From the NCBI GenBank assembly GCA_043228905.1, contig JBHGNT010000002.1, positions 16,678,001 to 16,742,000 of the forward strand: a stretch of 64,000 nucleotides of DNA, written 5' to 3'. Below are positions 11,042 to 24,020 of the stretch, in pieces. Below the pieces are notes generated by a model. The model worked only from the letters and a program-made list of their open reading frames with translations. It had not been told where the DNA came from and searched no databases. Source of the DNA: Azolla caroliniana. Taxonomy: Eukaryota; Plantae; Polypodiophyta. The translations under genes and the position numbers were made by a program. Every line of letters begins with the position of its first letter. Within the stretch, counting starts at the first letter, position 1.

Positions 11042-13010
11042 CGAAATGCCCCACTGTATATGTGTTACGAAAATTTTGGAATACTCGAAGAAGACAAGAA
11101 CCATTAGGAACATACAAGAGTTTCTTAAGAATAGTAATCCATCATGACATTCGAATTGTCGATAGTCTATACCTAGTTGTTGCGATTGTGAACAAGATGC
11201 CCGAGAGGGATCAATTTGTGCTAGAATGGCTTGAGTGAAAGCTTATGTCTTTAATTCTTCACGTATGGTATCGATAATGTGGGAATCCAATGGCGTATCG
11301 AAAACCCATGTTGCTTGCAGTCGTGCCATTCCCAGGATTACTTGCTTTTGATTATCGAACACTAGCTCACCGGGACGCGATGCTAGATACGAGCGTCGTG
11401 ATAAGGGATCTGCCTTCACTTGTTCCTTCCCATAAGGATATGTAATTTTGAAGTCGAAACGATTGAGGAATTGGGCCCACCGAGCTTGACATTGATTTAA
11501 TACACGAGCATTCTAGAAGTAGGCAAGATTTTTGTGATCACTAAATACGGTGACTTGATGAGAAGATCCCTCTAAAAAATGTCTCCATTGTTTAAAAGAG
11601 TCCACTATTACTAATAGCTCCTTGTCATGTATTTCTTAGTTGATTTCGGCGGCGTCAAACTTGTGTGAGTCAAAAGCCACAAGATGTCATTTTTCATAAT
11701 CGCCTTGTTGTGACAAAATGCTACCCAGGGCGAAATCTAATGTGTCTGCCTCAATGATGAACGGTTTTTTCGGATCAACATGACCTAGAATAGGAGTTGA
11801 TGTAAATGCTTTTTTAAGAGTCACAAAATCCGTGTCCACTTCTTCAGACCAAATAAACGACTGCCCCTTCTTGGTAAGCTATGTGAGGCAGAATAATCTT
11901 TGAGTAATCCTGTATAAACTTGCGGTCGAAATTGACGAAGCCCAAAAAGTATTGCACATCTCGTAACGAATGTGGAGTCTGTCACTCTACCACAATTTTG
12001 ACCTTAGTTGGATCCATAGAGATGCCTTCCGAGGAGATGACATAGCCTAGAAATTCCACCTGGTTGCACTCGAAACTAAATTTTTCTAGTTTTGCATAAA
12101 GACCATGTTCTCGAAGTCATTTTAGTACTAATAGTACATGAGAATCATGTTCTTCTTGAGTCTTCGAATAAACCAGTACATTGTCCAAATAGATGATCAA
12201 AAAAATATCCAAGAGATCTCGGAATATATCATTTTCCATATGCTGGAAGATTACTAGCGCATTAGTGACACCGAATGGCATAATTGTATACTCAAAGTGC
12301 TCATATCTGGTGTGAAACGCGGTCTTCCATTCATCACCTGGTCGGATAAGTACGAGGTTATATGCTCCTCGTAAATCGATCTTTGTGAAGAACTTTGCAC
12401 CATTGATCCGTTCTAAAAGACTCAAGATAAGGGGAAGTGCATACCTATTCTGGATGGTAACCTTATTCAAGCCACGGTAATCTACGACAAGACAAAGTGA
12501 TCCATCCTTTTTCTTGACAAAGAAAATGGGTGCACCGGCTGGAGATTTCGAATGTTGAATGAAACTGTTTACCAAATTCTCCTCTATGTAGGCTCGAAGA
12601 ACTTCTAGCTCTGTTGATAACAAGTTGTAGATCGGTCCCCATGGTGGCTCTTTTCTCGGTTATAAATCAATAGGCCAATCATACAGTTGGTGGTGAGGAT
12701 GCGTAGTGGTTTGTACCTTATCCAACACATCGGCATAATGACGATACTTCTCTGTTGGTTGAACTGTGGATTCCTCTTTAATGCTGTTGGAAGGTTTTAC
12801 TCATACTACGAAGAAAAACATTGCTTCCTTGCGTCCTTCCTCACGCAATTGATATAGCAAAATGGTTGCAGTCCTATGAGTAGGTCCTTGGGTTTGTCGT
12901 TACCGGATTTATCTTGTTCTCCAATCTATGTCTAGGTTATGTAATTCGAACCATGGTAACCCCAAGACAATTGGATGATCTGGACTACTATTTATATTTT
13001 AAATGATACT
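11042..13010 (-). mobile_element. Ty3/Gypsy element 2 (Tcn1-like chromovirus) pol remnant: end of protease, RT, RNase H, start of integrase
   Basis: Motifs [52 protein letters not shown] and YLDN. Many stops. Confidence 0.85.
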
Positions 13011-13082
13011 ACTAATTGGACTACTAATATACATGGATTTCCGAAGTGAAGTAAGAATGGAATAATATTTTTTGTATTATAA

Positions 13083-13151
13083 TGTATAGCTTAATGGTAA
13101 GGCTTCAACCCATGTGACACAAGGTAATCGGTTCAAATCCTTTTGAAGCCA
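13083..13151 (+). other. tRNA-derived sequence with A and B boxes; not a functional tRNA
   Basis: TAGCTTAATGGTAAGGC (A box and D arm) at 13087 and GGTTCAAATCC (B box) at 13130, ending GCCA. No acceptor or anticodon stem. Confidence 0.55.
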
Positions 13152-13170
13152 TACCATGCTATATCATGAT

Positions 13171-14824
13171 ACCAGCAATGGTACCGAAAGTTCGAATCCT
13201 TGATGGTGGATCACGGTTCTGTCAAGACACAGGCTGATCATTGTGTCTTTGTTAAGAAGTACGATGGAGGATATTTTCTCATCCTCATGTTGTAGGTGGA
13301 TGACATGTTGATTGTTAAAAAGGACCTGAGGAAAATTGGAAGTTTGAAGAAAGCCTCAAGTAGGTCGTTCTTGATGAAAGACATGGGTCCGACAAAACAA
13401 ATCTTGGGAATGCACATTTTTCGGGATCAAACAAAGAGATTATTGTGGTTGTCACAAGAGAAGTACGTGACAAAGATGTTCCAGAGATTTGGCATGGAAA
13501 GCGGGAAACCGATCGACTCAACACTGCCGACAAACTGTAAGTTGTCCGGAAGCTAGAGTCCGAAATCGAAAAATGAGAATGTTGAGATTTCAAAAGTCCC
13601 TTATGCTTTGGCATTCGGAAGCCTGATGTATGCAATGGTTTGCACTAGGCTGTACATCGCATATGCAGTCAGAGTGGTCAGCGGATATATGAGCAATCCT
13701 GGAAAAGAGTATTGGGCTGCTTTGACTTGGATACTTCGGTACCTGAGAGGCAGCTCGAATGTGTACCCTCGATTCAGCTCGGGTAACCCAACGTTGGAAG
13801 GTTATACGGATTCAGACATGTCAGTTGATGTGGATACCAGCCGATCCACGTCAGGATACGTAATGACATATGCAAAGGGAGTTGTTTCGTGGCAGTCGAG
13901 GTTGTAGAAGGCCATGGCATTGTTGACCACAGAAGCTGAGTTCATGGCCGCAATGCAAGCCGATAAGGAAGTAATTTGGATGAAGGAATTTATCGGAGAG
14001 GTGGAAATTCAAGAAGAGGAATTACGACTCCATTGCGATAATTAGAGTACCATCCACCTTGTGAAAAATGGTTCTTACCACTCGAGGACCAAGCACATCC
14101 AAAGAAGATATCATTGGCTCCGAGAGCGAGTAGAAGAAACGGTGTTTGCTTTGATGAAGATCCACATGGCCGAAAATGGGTCACACATGCTGACGAAAGT
14201 GTTGTCAGTAGAGAAGTTGAACGAGTTCCGACAGTGAGTCGAATTGGTAAAGTACCCCATGTGAGAGTGAAGGGAGAGTTTGTTGGGAAACATGTCCCTC
14301 CGGATGGGAAGAAGAGAACGAACCGAATCAAGAACACAAGGGTAATTCAGTGCCGAGAACCGAAATCGATATAAATAGTTGATTCAGAAGACTATATTTG
14401 AAAATAGTCCAAATTTGCCCTTGTGGGCTATAGTTGTAAATAGCCAGAAAGTTGTTGTAGTATGTAAACAACTAAGGCAAACTTTAAGAGCATGTAGGAT
14501 TATTATTCGTTGTATAGTTACAAACAAGGTAGTTGCCTCTGTAACTATGTAAGAGAGAGAAAGAGAGAGAGTGTAAGAGTTAGTAATTGTACAGTCGTCA
14601 GCCCGACGAAGAAGAACTCGAGGTCGTTGCCTCCGAGCTTCTTATTGTACTTCTCCTCTATTATAGTGATTCTGTTTCTCGGGGTTTGTGGACCCCCGTG
14701 GTTTTTCCCAGTTCGGGTTTTCCATTTTAAATATATTGTGCCGCTGCTCTTCATTTCCTGCCCCTCGTTTTTATTTGTGCATCACCAAACTCGTTTCTTT
14801 GCACCCGAATGCAAACGTCTAACC
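13171..14824 (+). mobile_element. Ty1/Copia element Ia (Tnt1/Tork-like): second half of RT, RNase H, PPT and 3' LTR
   Basis: Motifs QWYRKF, VDDML, GYTDSDM..DVDTSRSTSGY and RTKHI. PPT GAGAGTGAAGGGAGAG at about 14263. LTR starts TGTTGGG at 14281; its right end is approximate. Confidence 0.82.
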
Positions 14825-16404
14825 GGTTGTGGCCTGTCGAGACCCTTACAATATGCCCTATTGACTGATGAAGGTTAGCCAAAATATTATAAAGAAGCCA
14901 TGGTTGATGAGCACAAGGAGATGTGGCAGAGTGCAATGCAAGATGAAATGAACTCCTTGCATGAAAATTACACCTACGACTTGGTGGAGCTACCAAAAGG
15001 TAAGATAGCCTACAGAAACAAGTGGGTCTTCAAGCTGAAAAATGGGGAAGATGACAACACACCCAGATACAAAGCCCGAATTGTAGTGAAAGGATTTTAG
15101 TAGAAAAAGGGAGTCGATTTTTATGAGATCTTTGCACCGGCCATAAAGATGACATACATTTGAACTGTACTAAGTATTGGTGCCAGTATGAATCTTGACT
15201 AGAGCAATTGGATTTCAACACAACATTCTTGCATGGGGAATTAGATGAAGAGATCTATATGCAGCAGCCTGACGGTTTTGAGGAAAAAGGAAAAGAGAAT
15301 TTGGTGTGTCAATTAAGGAAGAGCTTGTATGGTCTGAAGCAAGCTCCACATCAATGGTATAAGAAGTTTGAATCCTTCATGTTGGAACATGGGTTCCATA
15401 AAATACAAGTTGATCACTGTGTGTTTCTCAAAAGGTATAATGAAGGCGATTTCTTGATTCTTCTGCTATATGTGGATGACATGTTAGTTGTCGGACAATA
15501 CACCAAGAAGATTGTGAGGTTGAAGAAAGTACTAGGCAAGTCATTTGCCATGAAAGATCTTGGATCGGCAAAGAAAATCTTGGGGATGCACATAGTTCGA
15601 GACAAAACTGAGAATGTGCTATGGTTGTCACAAGAGAAGTATGTGACAAAGGTTTTGGAAAGATTTAACATGTCAAAAGCAAAACCAGTAGGGTCTGCTT
15701 TGCCGGCAAATTGCAAATTGAATGCTAGGCAATGTCCGAAGAGCAAAAAGGACAAGACCGAGATGAGGAAAGTACCATATGCCTCGACCATTGGTAGTTA
15801 TGGTTTGTACGAGATCAAACATAGCATTTGCATTCGGAATAGTGAGTCGATACATGAGTAATCCAAGAAGAAAACATTGGGCAACTATAAAATGGATAGT
15901 CAGGTACTTGAAAGGCACCTCAAGGGTATACCTTAGGTTTGGTTTCAAAAAACCCGTGCTCGAAGGTTTTACTAACTCAGACATGTTGGGGGATGTGAAC
16001 GCCAGTCGATCCACATCAGGTTATGTGATGACCTATGCGGGGGGAGCAATGTCGTGGCAATCAAGATTGCAAAGGGCTATGGCCTTGTCGACCATAGAGG
16101 CAGAATATATGGTTGTGGTAAAGGCTAGAAGGGAGATAATATAGATGAAGAATTTTCTCAGTGAATTAGGAATGAAACAAGAAAGATTCCTACTCCATTG
16201 TGATAATTAGAGTGCCAACATCTAGCCAAGAACATTGCTTACCACTCTCAGACCAAGCATATATAGAGAAGGTATCACTAACTATGAGAGAAAGTGGATG
16301 AGGAAGAGCTTACCCTTGTGAAGATCCATACTGATGACAATAGATACGATATGCTTACGAAGAACCTACCAATAGAGAATCTCAGAGTCAGTTGACAGAA
16401 GACG
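14825..16404 (+). mobile_element. Ty1/Copia element Ib: RT-RNase H remnant of a related family
   Basis: Motifs KWVFKLK...RYKARIVVKGF, LRKSLYGLKQAP, LLYVDDML and ALSTIEAEY. Confidence 0.88.
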
Positions 16405-17072
16405 GTATTGGCTGCGGACCGCGCAGAGGGGCATGTGCGCGAGGTCATTGGCTGGTGTGACCCAGTTAAAGAAAACACCGGCTTTGTGGAAGCCACGTGC
16501 AAGAAATACGAAGCTCTGATTGACGAAAGGCGAGCCAGAAAGACCGGGGGGGCGGGCCCTTCGGGGAGGTATGACACCTGAAATGGGCCCAAGAGGCACG
16601 ATGCCAGTCCAACCAGGTCCCAAGAGAAGGAAAAGGATAGGGGTCCAAGCTTTCAATTAAGCTCGGAGATCGAGAAAACAACGAACCTACAGAAGGTTCT
16701 AGAGGAGCGAGTTCTCGACAATCGCATAGAACTCACGCTAAGGGAAGTTCTTGGAATAGTGAGAAGGGAATTCCACGATAGCATCATGGATCTCATAAAA
16801 AGAAAGCGTCTCGCGATGGAACCGGAACACGAGAAGCCGGTTGAAGGGCGGCGCTCCTCGACGAGATGGCCGCGGAAGATAAGCTTGCGGAAAGCCACTA
16901 CGCTAGGCCACACTGGGCAAGAGTGACTACGGAAACCCCGGTTCGCATCAAGGACGTGAAGGAACCGGTGGTAGCGTTGATCGACCACAGGTCGGAAATT
17001 AACCTGATGTCTATGGACTTCTACAAAAAGGGGAAATGGCCGATCAACACCCAACACGGGTGGAAGATATGC

Positions 17073-17729
17073 TGTCGTGAAGAAAACCGTCCCTTGGCGC
17101 AATCGGTGCATAGCGCGCGTGAACCGGCTCTTCACGTATGCACGCCCTTAATGTATATAATAGGGAATTAAGTACAAAGGCATATCCGGGTAGTTAGATT
17201 CGGTAGGTAGGAAGTAAATGAGGGAGACGGCTCCCTTCTTGAAGCTATAAAGGAGAGGGAGACGCAGGGAGAAGGGGATCGCGCATTAAGGAGGACGAAG
17301 TGCTGTCGGACCAGAACCGAACACTTCTCCTCAGATTCGTTCTCCATCACTCTTCTCTGCAGGGTTTTCGGGAGGCTCGCGCTGCTTCGAGGAACGCCCG
17401 TGTGCTTCCGGCAGCACCTCCACCCTTTTCTCCTTTTCGTGCGCAGACGAACAGGCATCGGCATCTATTCGCCGGCCTGTTCGGTTGTAACCGCTCGCGT
17501 GCTCTATTTTGTATTTGTTATTCGTTAATATACAGACACTTATCTTATGTCTCCCTATCTCTGTATCCATTCGCGTCTTCTGTGTTGACGGGCCGTGCCC
17601 CTGTGTTTCTTTGCTCATACGTGACTGGGTCTCTCTCTCCTTCTCTTTCCCCTTCTATCACCTGCTCTTCGGCTCAAGACCCCGGTGGTTCCGCCTCGAT
17701 TCTCCACGCACGCGCGTAGTAACGCGACA
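17073..17729 (+). repeat. 5' LTR of element A
   Basis: TGTCGTGAAG...CGCGACA; TATA-like CTATAAA near 17245. Confidence 0.95.
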
Positions 17730-17733
17730 TCTT

Positions 17734-17750
17734 TGGTGAACCCGACGTGA
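17734..17750 (+). promoter_or_regulatory. Primer-binding site, tRNA-Trp
   Basis: TGGTGAACCCGACGTGA is the complement of the plant cytosolic tRNA-Trp 3' end (UCACGUCGGGUUCACCA). Confidence 0.85.
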
Positions 17751-17773
17751 AACAGGCGACAGAGGAGCAGAAG

Positions 17774-19749
17774 ATGAGGGGGTCAGATCTTGCTGAGGCC
17801 ATGGCTTCGGCCGTGGACCGGATAGTGAGCGCGTGCGAGGGCACCGGCGCCCTTGACAGGGCTATTGAGGCGATCGTCGGTATGATCGGCCGGTTCAGTA
17901 GAAAGGATGCCACGAGTTATTTGGCGTCCTACCGGGCGGAGATGTTGATGAGGGATATTCCGGAAGAGAGGCGGCTTGCCGGATTCCCTCGAGTGACGAT
18001 GCCGGGCATCCATGCGGAGGTGCTCGAGGTTCGGGCGGAGAGTCGGACCTGGGAGGAGTTCGAAGGACGGCTTCTGGAGAAATACGGGCTGGATGACGCG
18101 CTTCGACTTTCAAAGCGGAGCTTCATGGAGTTGGTGGAGTCCCCCAACAAAGGAAGAAATGCGTCGGTACTCCTCCGGGAGTTTGAGGAACGCTTTGCGC
18201 GCCTTTCGGCGCTCGATCGAACCGTTCTGGACACAAGTCGTGTCCTACTGTTTGTCAAATCGGTTGATGCACGAGATCGGGGGCAAGTTGGCTCCTTACT
18301 GGAGACCGAAGACAGGTTGACGGCTGACTGGGCCGCGGTAAAAAGAGTCTGCAGCCGTTTTGACCAGCGGTGGGAGTGGGCTGATACAGAGGCGACCGGG
18401 GCGGGACCTGTCGCAGCAAGGAAGCTCGAACCGATACCACAAGCGCGAAGGGAAGAGACCCGGGAGTGGCTCGAGACCGGTTCGGCTTCAATCGGCGTGA
18501 TCAGAGGCTCGTCCGGGGGAACAGCTCTAGAGGAGTTGACGCGAGCCAGGTAGTGTACCTGTGGGAAGGTCAGGTGCACGCCAGCGATACCCGGAGGGCC
18601 CTGAACCGAAACGATGGGCGAGGAGGAATGAAAAGGCTAATGGAAGAGGCGGCAGCCCGGCACGCGGAGACCGTCCACTACTCGGCGTCAGCCGGTATTC
18701 GGGTCGGAGGCAGCGAGGCCCGGAAGGAGAGCAAAGCCGAGTTCTGGCCGACGGTGCTGGAAGGCCTCGCCGGTGCCCGACTAAAGAGAGACGAGGCGGA
18801 CCGCGCGGAGAAGCAGGTCCAAGAGGTAACCGGGTGGAGTGATCCGGTCGAAGAAAAGACGGGTTTCGTCGAAGCAACTTGCCAGAACTACGAGGCTCTG
18901 GTTAAAGACAAACGGGTAGGTAAAACCGGAGGGGCCGGACCCTCACAGAGATACGAAACCCGATTTGGGCCGAAACGGAACAAGGCCGGTGAGTCTAGTG
19001 CCCGGGATAACCACAAGAAGGGCGGGTACCGTTTGAGCACAGAGATCGAAAGGACCGCGCACCTACGAAAGGTCCTGGAAGAACGAATCCTCGACAGCAA
19101 AGTGGAACTGTCGTTGCGAGAGGTGCTCGGAATCGCCAAGAAGGAGTTCCACGACTCCATCGTGGACTTGGTGAAGAGGAAGAGGCTGTCGACGGAGGCA
19201 GAACCGGAAAGGCTGGTGGAGGTGCGGACGGCGCACATAGAGGACATGGTGCTGGAAGACGAGTGGGCGGAGAGCCACTATTTGAGGCCACACTGGGCCC
19301 GAGCGACCACGGAAACCCCGGTGAAGATCGGAGATGTTCAGGAACCGGTGGTGGCGCTGGTGGACTACGGTTCGGAAATAAACCTGATGTCCATGGACTT
19401 CTACAAGAAGGGGAAATGGCCGATCAACACTAAGCACGGGTGGAAGATACGGGCGGCGATGCGCGCCACCGAGGAACTACATGGGGCCTGCCCAAACGTG
19501 CGAGTCAAGATCGGCGACGTCGAGATAGACCAGCACTTCTTTGTGCAGGAGACGTCCTCGCACCCGGTCAAACTGGGAGAACCATACATTACGGCAGCAC
19601 GAATGGAGGCCAAGGTGCTGGATAACGGGTCGGCTTACACGAGGGTCAAGAGTCAGGACAGGCGACATTCAGTCCAGTTCCTGACGGTGCGACCGAACCA
19701 CGAGCGAAACCGCGAGTCCCTCGGTGGCGAGAACCGAGAGGATTTTTAG
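17774..19749 (+). pseudogene. Gag-protease ORF of element A; zinc knuckle lost by a deletion near 18550
   Basis: ORFs 17747-18553 and 18466-19749 are collinear with element E. Protease motif ALVDYGSEINLM; ends EDF-stop. Confidence 0.85.
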
Positions 19750-19806
19750 AGAGGGCTGCCAAGGCGTGGGACCGCGACAGTCCGGACAGTCCGGGAAAAC
19801 CCCACA
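19740..19806 (+). promoter_or_regulatory. Putative -1 ribosomal frameshift signal (element A)
   Basis: G GAT TTT TAG, 6-nt spacer, stem GGGCTG/CAGTCC, and loop GTGGG able to pair with downstream CCCAC. Confidence 0.7.
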
Positions 19807-22800
19807 AATGTACGATAGAAGCGAAGCCAAAGAAACCTTGTACCATAAGTAGGAATTTTTGTTTCTCCGACAACGGAGGGTGTACGATAGTCGGCGTTGT
19901 AGGCCGAGAAAAGACAAGGGTGGAAGAGTGACTTCGGGCGTGCGGAGTTCTCGGGCCCAGCGAGGAAATCAACGAAGCCGTGGAGGCGGTCTCCTTCGAT
20001 GATACCTTGGGAATACTGTGAGAGGTGGTCGGAGAGGGCCTTAAAGACGACCGGACGATACCGGTTTGTTCAGAAGAAATGTACGAAGTCATCGCGGACT
20101 TCAATCGAGGGCTCGAGTCGGAACGGACGGCCCGGGTTAACACGAAGTACAAGACTGTGGACTGGAAGGTAAGGCCAGTCGCGGCACCCTTACCGAAGGG
20201 CAGCGAGTTGCGAATCAAGGGGATCGCGTCGGACCCCAGTTTACGAGATCCGGCCTGCATAGGACACACCTTCACCGACAGAACGCTACGGGAGATCAAA
20301 ATCGGTGGGGGCGGGTTCCTACTGCCGACGGAAGAAGACCGGTTTCGGAGAATGCTTGGAAGGCATGGGAAAGCCTTCGCATTCTCACCGGAAGAAATCG
20401 AAAGGACCCGACAGTCGTAAAGCCGATGGTGATATTCACGGTACCGCATGTGCCATGGAATCTCAAACCAATTCCGGTACCGAGAGCTCACATCCTGGAG
20501 CTGATGGAGCTATTGAGGTAGAAAGTTGATATGGCCATCCTCAAACCGTCGAGTGCCCCGTACTCGAACCGGTGGTTTACCGTGCCGAAGAAGAACAGGT
20601 CACTGCGCTTCATTCAAGACCTGCAACCGGTCAACAGAGTGACCATTCGGAACGCAGGAATAGGACCAACGATAGACGAGTTCGCAGAGGCCTTCGTCGG
20701 AAGGTCGATCTACTCAGTTGGGGATCTGTACTCGGGGTACGACCAGTTCCAACTGGCCGTAGAGAGCAGAGACATTACGACAATGCGGACTCCTCTCGGC
20801 CTAGTGCGGATGTGTACCCTGCCACAAGGAGGGACGAACTCGGTGGCCCACATGGTGAATGCGATGAACAAGGTGCTGAGGGACTGTATCCCGGACATCA
20901 CCATGCCATTCTTGGACGATATCCCGATCAAGGGGTGTCCGGTGGGAAAAAAGGATGAAACGATCGGACGGGACGGATGCCGGAAATTCGTGACGACACA
21001 CATTGACGACTTGCGAGAGGGTGCTGCAGAGGCTAGAGGACGCGAGGCTCACCTTCTCCGGGGAGAAATCGGCCTTCGGGCAATCAGAGATCATGGTCGT
21101 CGGACATCTATGCGGGCCGTATGGCCGGAGACACCGTCTCCGCAATGAAGCCCGATTGTAACTCGGTCACGGAGGTACGGAGGTTCTTGGGAGCGTGCAC
21201 GTTCTACCACATATGGATCCCGCATTACGCCCACGTTTCCGAGCCGCTATACGGGTTGCTGAAGAAGGAGCGAAAATTCGAGTGGCGAGACAAGCATACG
21301 GAGTCGGTCCGAAAGATGAAGGAAGCTCTTGCTGCAGCACCGGCACTCCGGAAGGCTGTCTACGAGAAAGGCACTCCCATCTACATAACGGTAGATACAA
21401 GTCCGACCGGGATCAGATGGGTTGTCAACCAAGAAGATGAGGACGGCATTCGGTTCCCAATCCGGTTCGGTGCAAAGGTCTTCAGCGAGCGACAGCGAGG
21501 ATACGCCCAGGTTAAACGCGAACTCTGGGGTGTCGTTTCGGTAGTGAAGACCGATAAAGACTATTTGATCGGGACAGAGGTGATTATCGAGACGGATTGC
21601 CTGCCGATTCTCGGCATGGTTTCCGGATGTGCAACCCCGGACCTGGCAATGCTCAGGTGGATAGCGTACATCAAGTCCCTGGATCCCGAAATACGACACA
21701 TTTCCGAGAAAGACAATGCCATGGCCGACATGCTTTCGAGGGCGCGATTCGACGACGAGGGCGGCATGGTTTCGGAAGACGAGGAAGTCGGCGTGGACTT
21801 CTTCGAGGCGGCTTACGTAACAACCGAGGGAGGGAGCACTCCGGCGCTTAACGATTTCAACGAGAGCAAGTATGACGGGGAGTGGCTGCGGATTGGGGGA
21901 TTCTTGAGGACGATGACGCCGGACGCGTCATGGACAAAGGACGAGGCCAACCGGATCCGGAAGAAAGCGTACCGATTCTTTCTCCGGGACGGATACTTGT
22001 GGAAGCACCCGAAGAAGAGAAACGGCATCCCGCTCCGAGTAGTGGCGATGAAGGAGGAACAAGAGGAGTTGTTGAAGGCCTACCACAACAGCCCCTGGGC
22101 TGGGCACCGTGGGACATGGGCCACGTTCGAGAAGCTAAAGGAGAAGTACTAGTGGTCGGGACTGTACCAGGACGTGCATCGGTTCGTGACAACTTGTGAG
22201 AGCTGTCAGATGCACTCCATAGTCCGACATCGGGATGAGCTTCACCCTACTTACCCTCCGGCCATCCATTTCAAATGGATGGTAGATTTGGTGACAATGC
22301 CGATGGGCGTAGGGCAGATGCGATATTTGGTATTGGCCCGGGAGGACCTGACGAACCAGGTGGAAGGTCGAGCCCTGCAGAACAAAATGACTGCGGCCGT
22401 GTGTCGGTTCCTGATCGAGGACGTGATATGCCAGTACACGTGCGTCGGAAAGATCGTGGCTGACCGCGGGGAGTTGGACGCCGAAGAGGCCGAGGAGTTG
22501 TTCGACCGGTTAGGGTCAAGCTCTCGCTCACCACAGCGTACAATCCGAAGGCGAACGGGAAGGTGGAGCGCAGGCACGGGCCGATCGTCAAAGCACTAGT
22601 CTGGGCGTGCGAAGGATAGGTCGGGAACTGGCCACGACTGTTACCCTATGGCTTGTGGGCGGACCGGACAACGCACAGTTCGGTAACTGGGTTCATGCCG
22701 TCAGAACTCATGTTTGGGCAGAAGCCGATCATGCCGATGGAACAGACGATCTCCTCTTGGGCGACAGTAGACTGGAGAGACGAGATGGGTCGGGAAGAAC

Positions 22801-23303
22801 TGCTAGCGGCGCGTATACGGCAGCTCGAGCGGAGGCCAGAGGATGTGGAACGAGCGGTGGAGAGACTTCGGACAGCGAGGATGAAGAACAAAGCCCGGTT
22901 CAACCGAACGCACCGGCTCTGGCCAGAGAAAAATGAGGATGGCGACTGGGTGCTAGTCTACGACAGCAGCCTTGACAACCAGCACCGAGCAACGTGGAAG
23001 TTTGCGAAGCGGTGGTTCGGGCCTTACGTGGTAACGAGCGCCAACGACAACGGGACGTATCACCTGGCAGAACTCGACGGTACGAGGATGGCGATGCTGA
23101 TAGTAGGGAAGCGGATCAAAGCGTTCAAGAAGCGCCACGACGATGAACCGGATCTAAGAGGCCTGAACAGCGAAGACGAACAGTCTGAAACGGAGGACAA
23201 ATTGATGGACGAAGAAGCAGAACCCGGGCCGGTTTTCTCCAACCAGAACCCAATTTTGGCGCATACCGGTGGATGCGCGGTTAGGTGGGGGTGGATGTCA
23301 TGA
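19746..23303 (+). pseudogene. Pol (RT-RNase H-integrase) of element A, disrupted
   Basis: Motifs DLYSGYDQF, LPQGGTNS, PFLDD, VDTSPTG, HNSPWAGH..CESC and WMVDLV..ADRGE. Several stops and frameshifts. Confidence 0.9.
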
Positions 23304-23947
23304 AGAAAACCGTCCCTTGGCGCAATCGGTGCATAGCGCGCGTGAACCGGCTCTTCACGTATGCGTGCCCTTAATGTATATAATAGGGAATTAAGTACAA
23401 AGGCATATCCGGGTAGTTAGATTCGGTAGGTAGGAAGTAAATGAGGGAGACGGCTCCCTTCTTAAAGCTATAAAGGAGAGGGAGACGCAGGGAGAAGGGG
23501 ATTGTGCATTAAGGAGGACGAAGTGCTGTCGGACCGGAACCGAACACTTCTCCTCAAATTCGTTCTCCATCACTCTTCTCTGTAGGGTTTTCAGGAGGCT
23601 CGCGCTGCTTCGAGGAACGCCTGTGTGCTTCCGGCAACACCTCCACCCTTTTCTCCTTCTGGTGCGCAGACGAACATGCATCGGCATATGTTCGCTGGCC
23701 TGTTCGGTTGTAACCGCTCGCGTGCTCTGTTTTGTATTTGTTATTCGTTAATATACAGACACTTATGTCTCCCTGTCTCTGTGTCCATTCGCATCTTCTG
23801 TGTTGACGGGTCGTGCCCCTGTGTTTCTTTGCTCATACGTGACTGGGTCTCTCTCTCCTTCTCTTTCCCCTTCTATCACCTACTCTTCGGTTCAAGACCC
23901 CAGTGGTCCCGCCTCGTTTCTCCACGCACACGCATAGTAACGCGACA
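23296..23947 (+). repeat. 3' LTR of element A
   Basis: Direct repeat of 17073-17729. Confidence 0.95.
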
Positions 23948-24020
23948 ACGCGCGGCTACGAGAGCCACGAAAGAACTACACGGAGCTTGCCCGAACGTCA
24001 AAGTGAGCGTCGCAGACATC

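Larger units (their letters stand above)
17073..23947 (+). mobile_element. Trp-lineage Gypsy element A, full length and decayed
   Basis: LTRs 17073-17729 and 23296-23947 (about 30 substitutions and a 5-bp indel by manual count). TSD ATGC/ACGC. PBS at 17734, PPT at 23283-23295. Gag-PR then RT-RH-IN. Confidence 0.95.

Noticed and set aside
17300-17719. ORFs within LTRs (also 34196-34381 and 40749-40934)
   Set aside because: Short, without motifs, and repeated only because the LTRs are duplicated.
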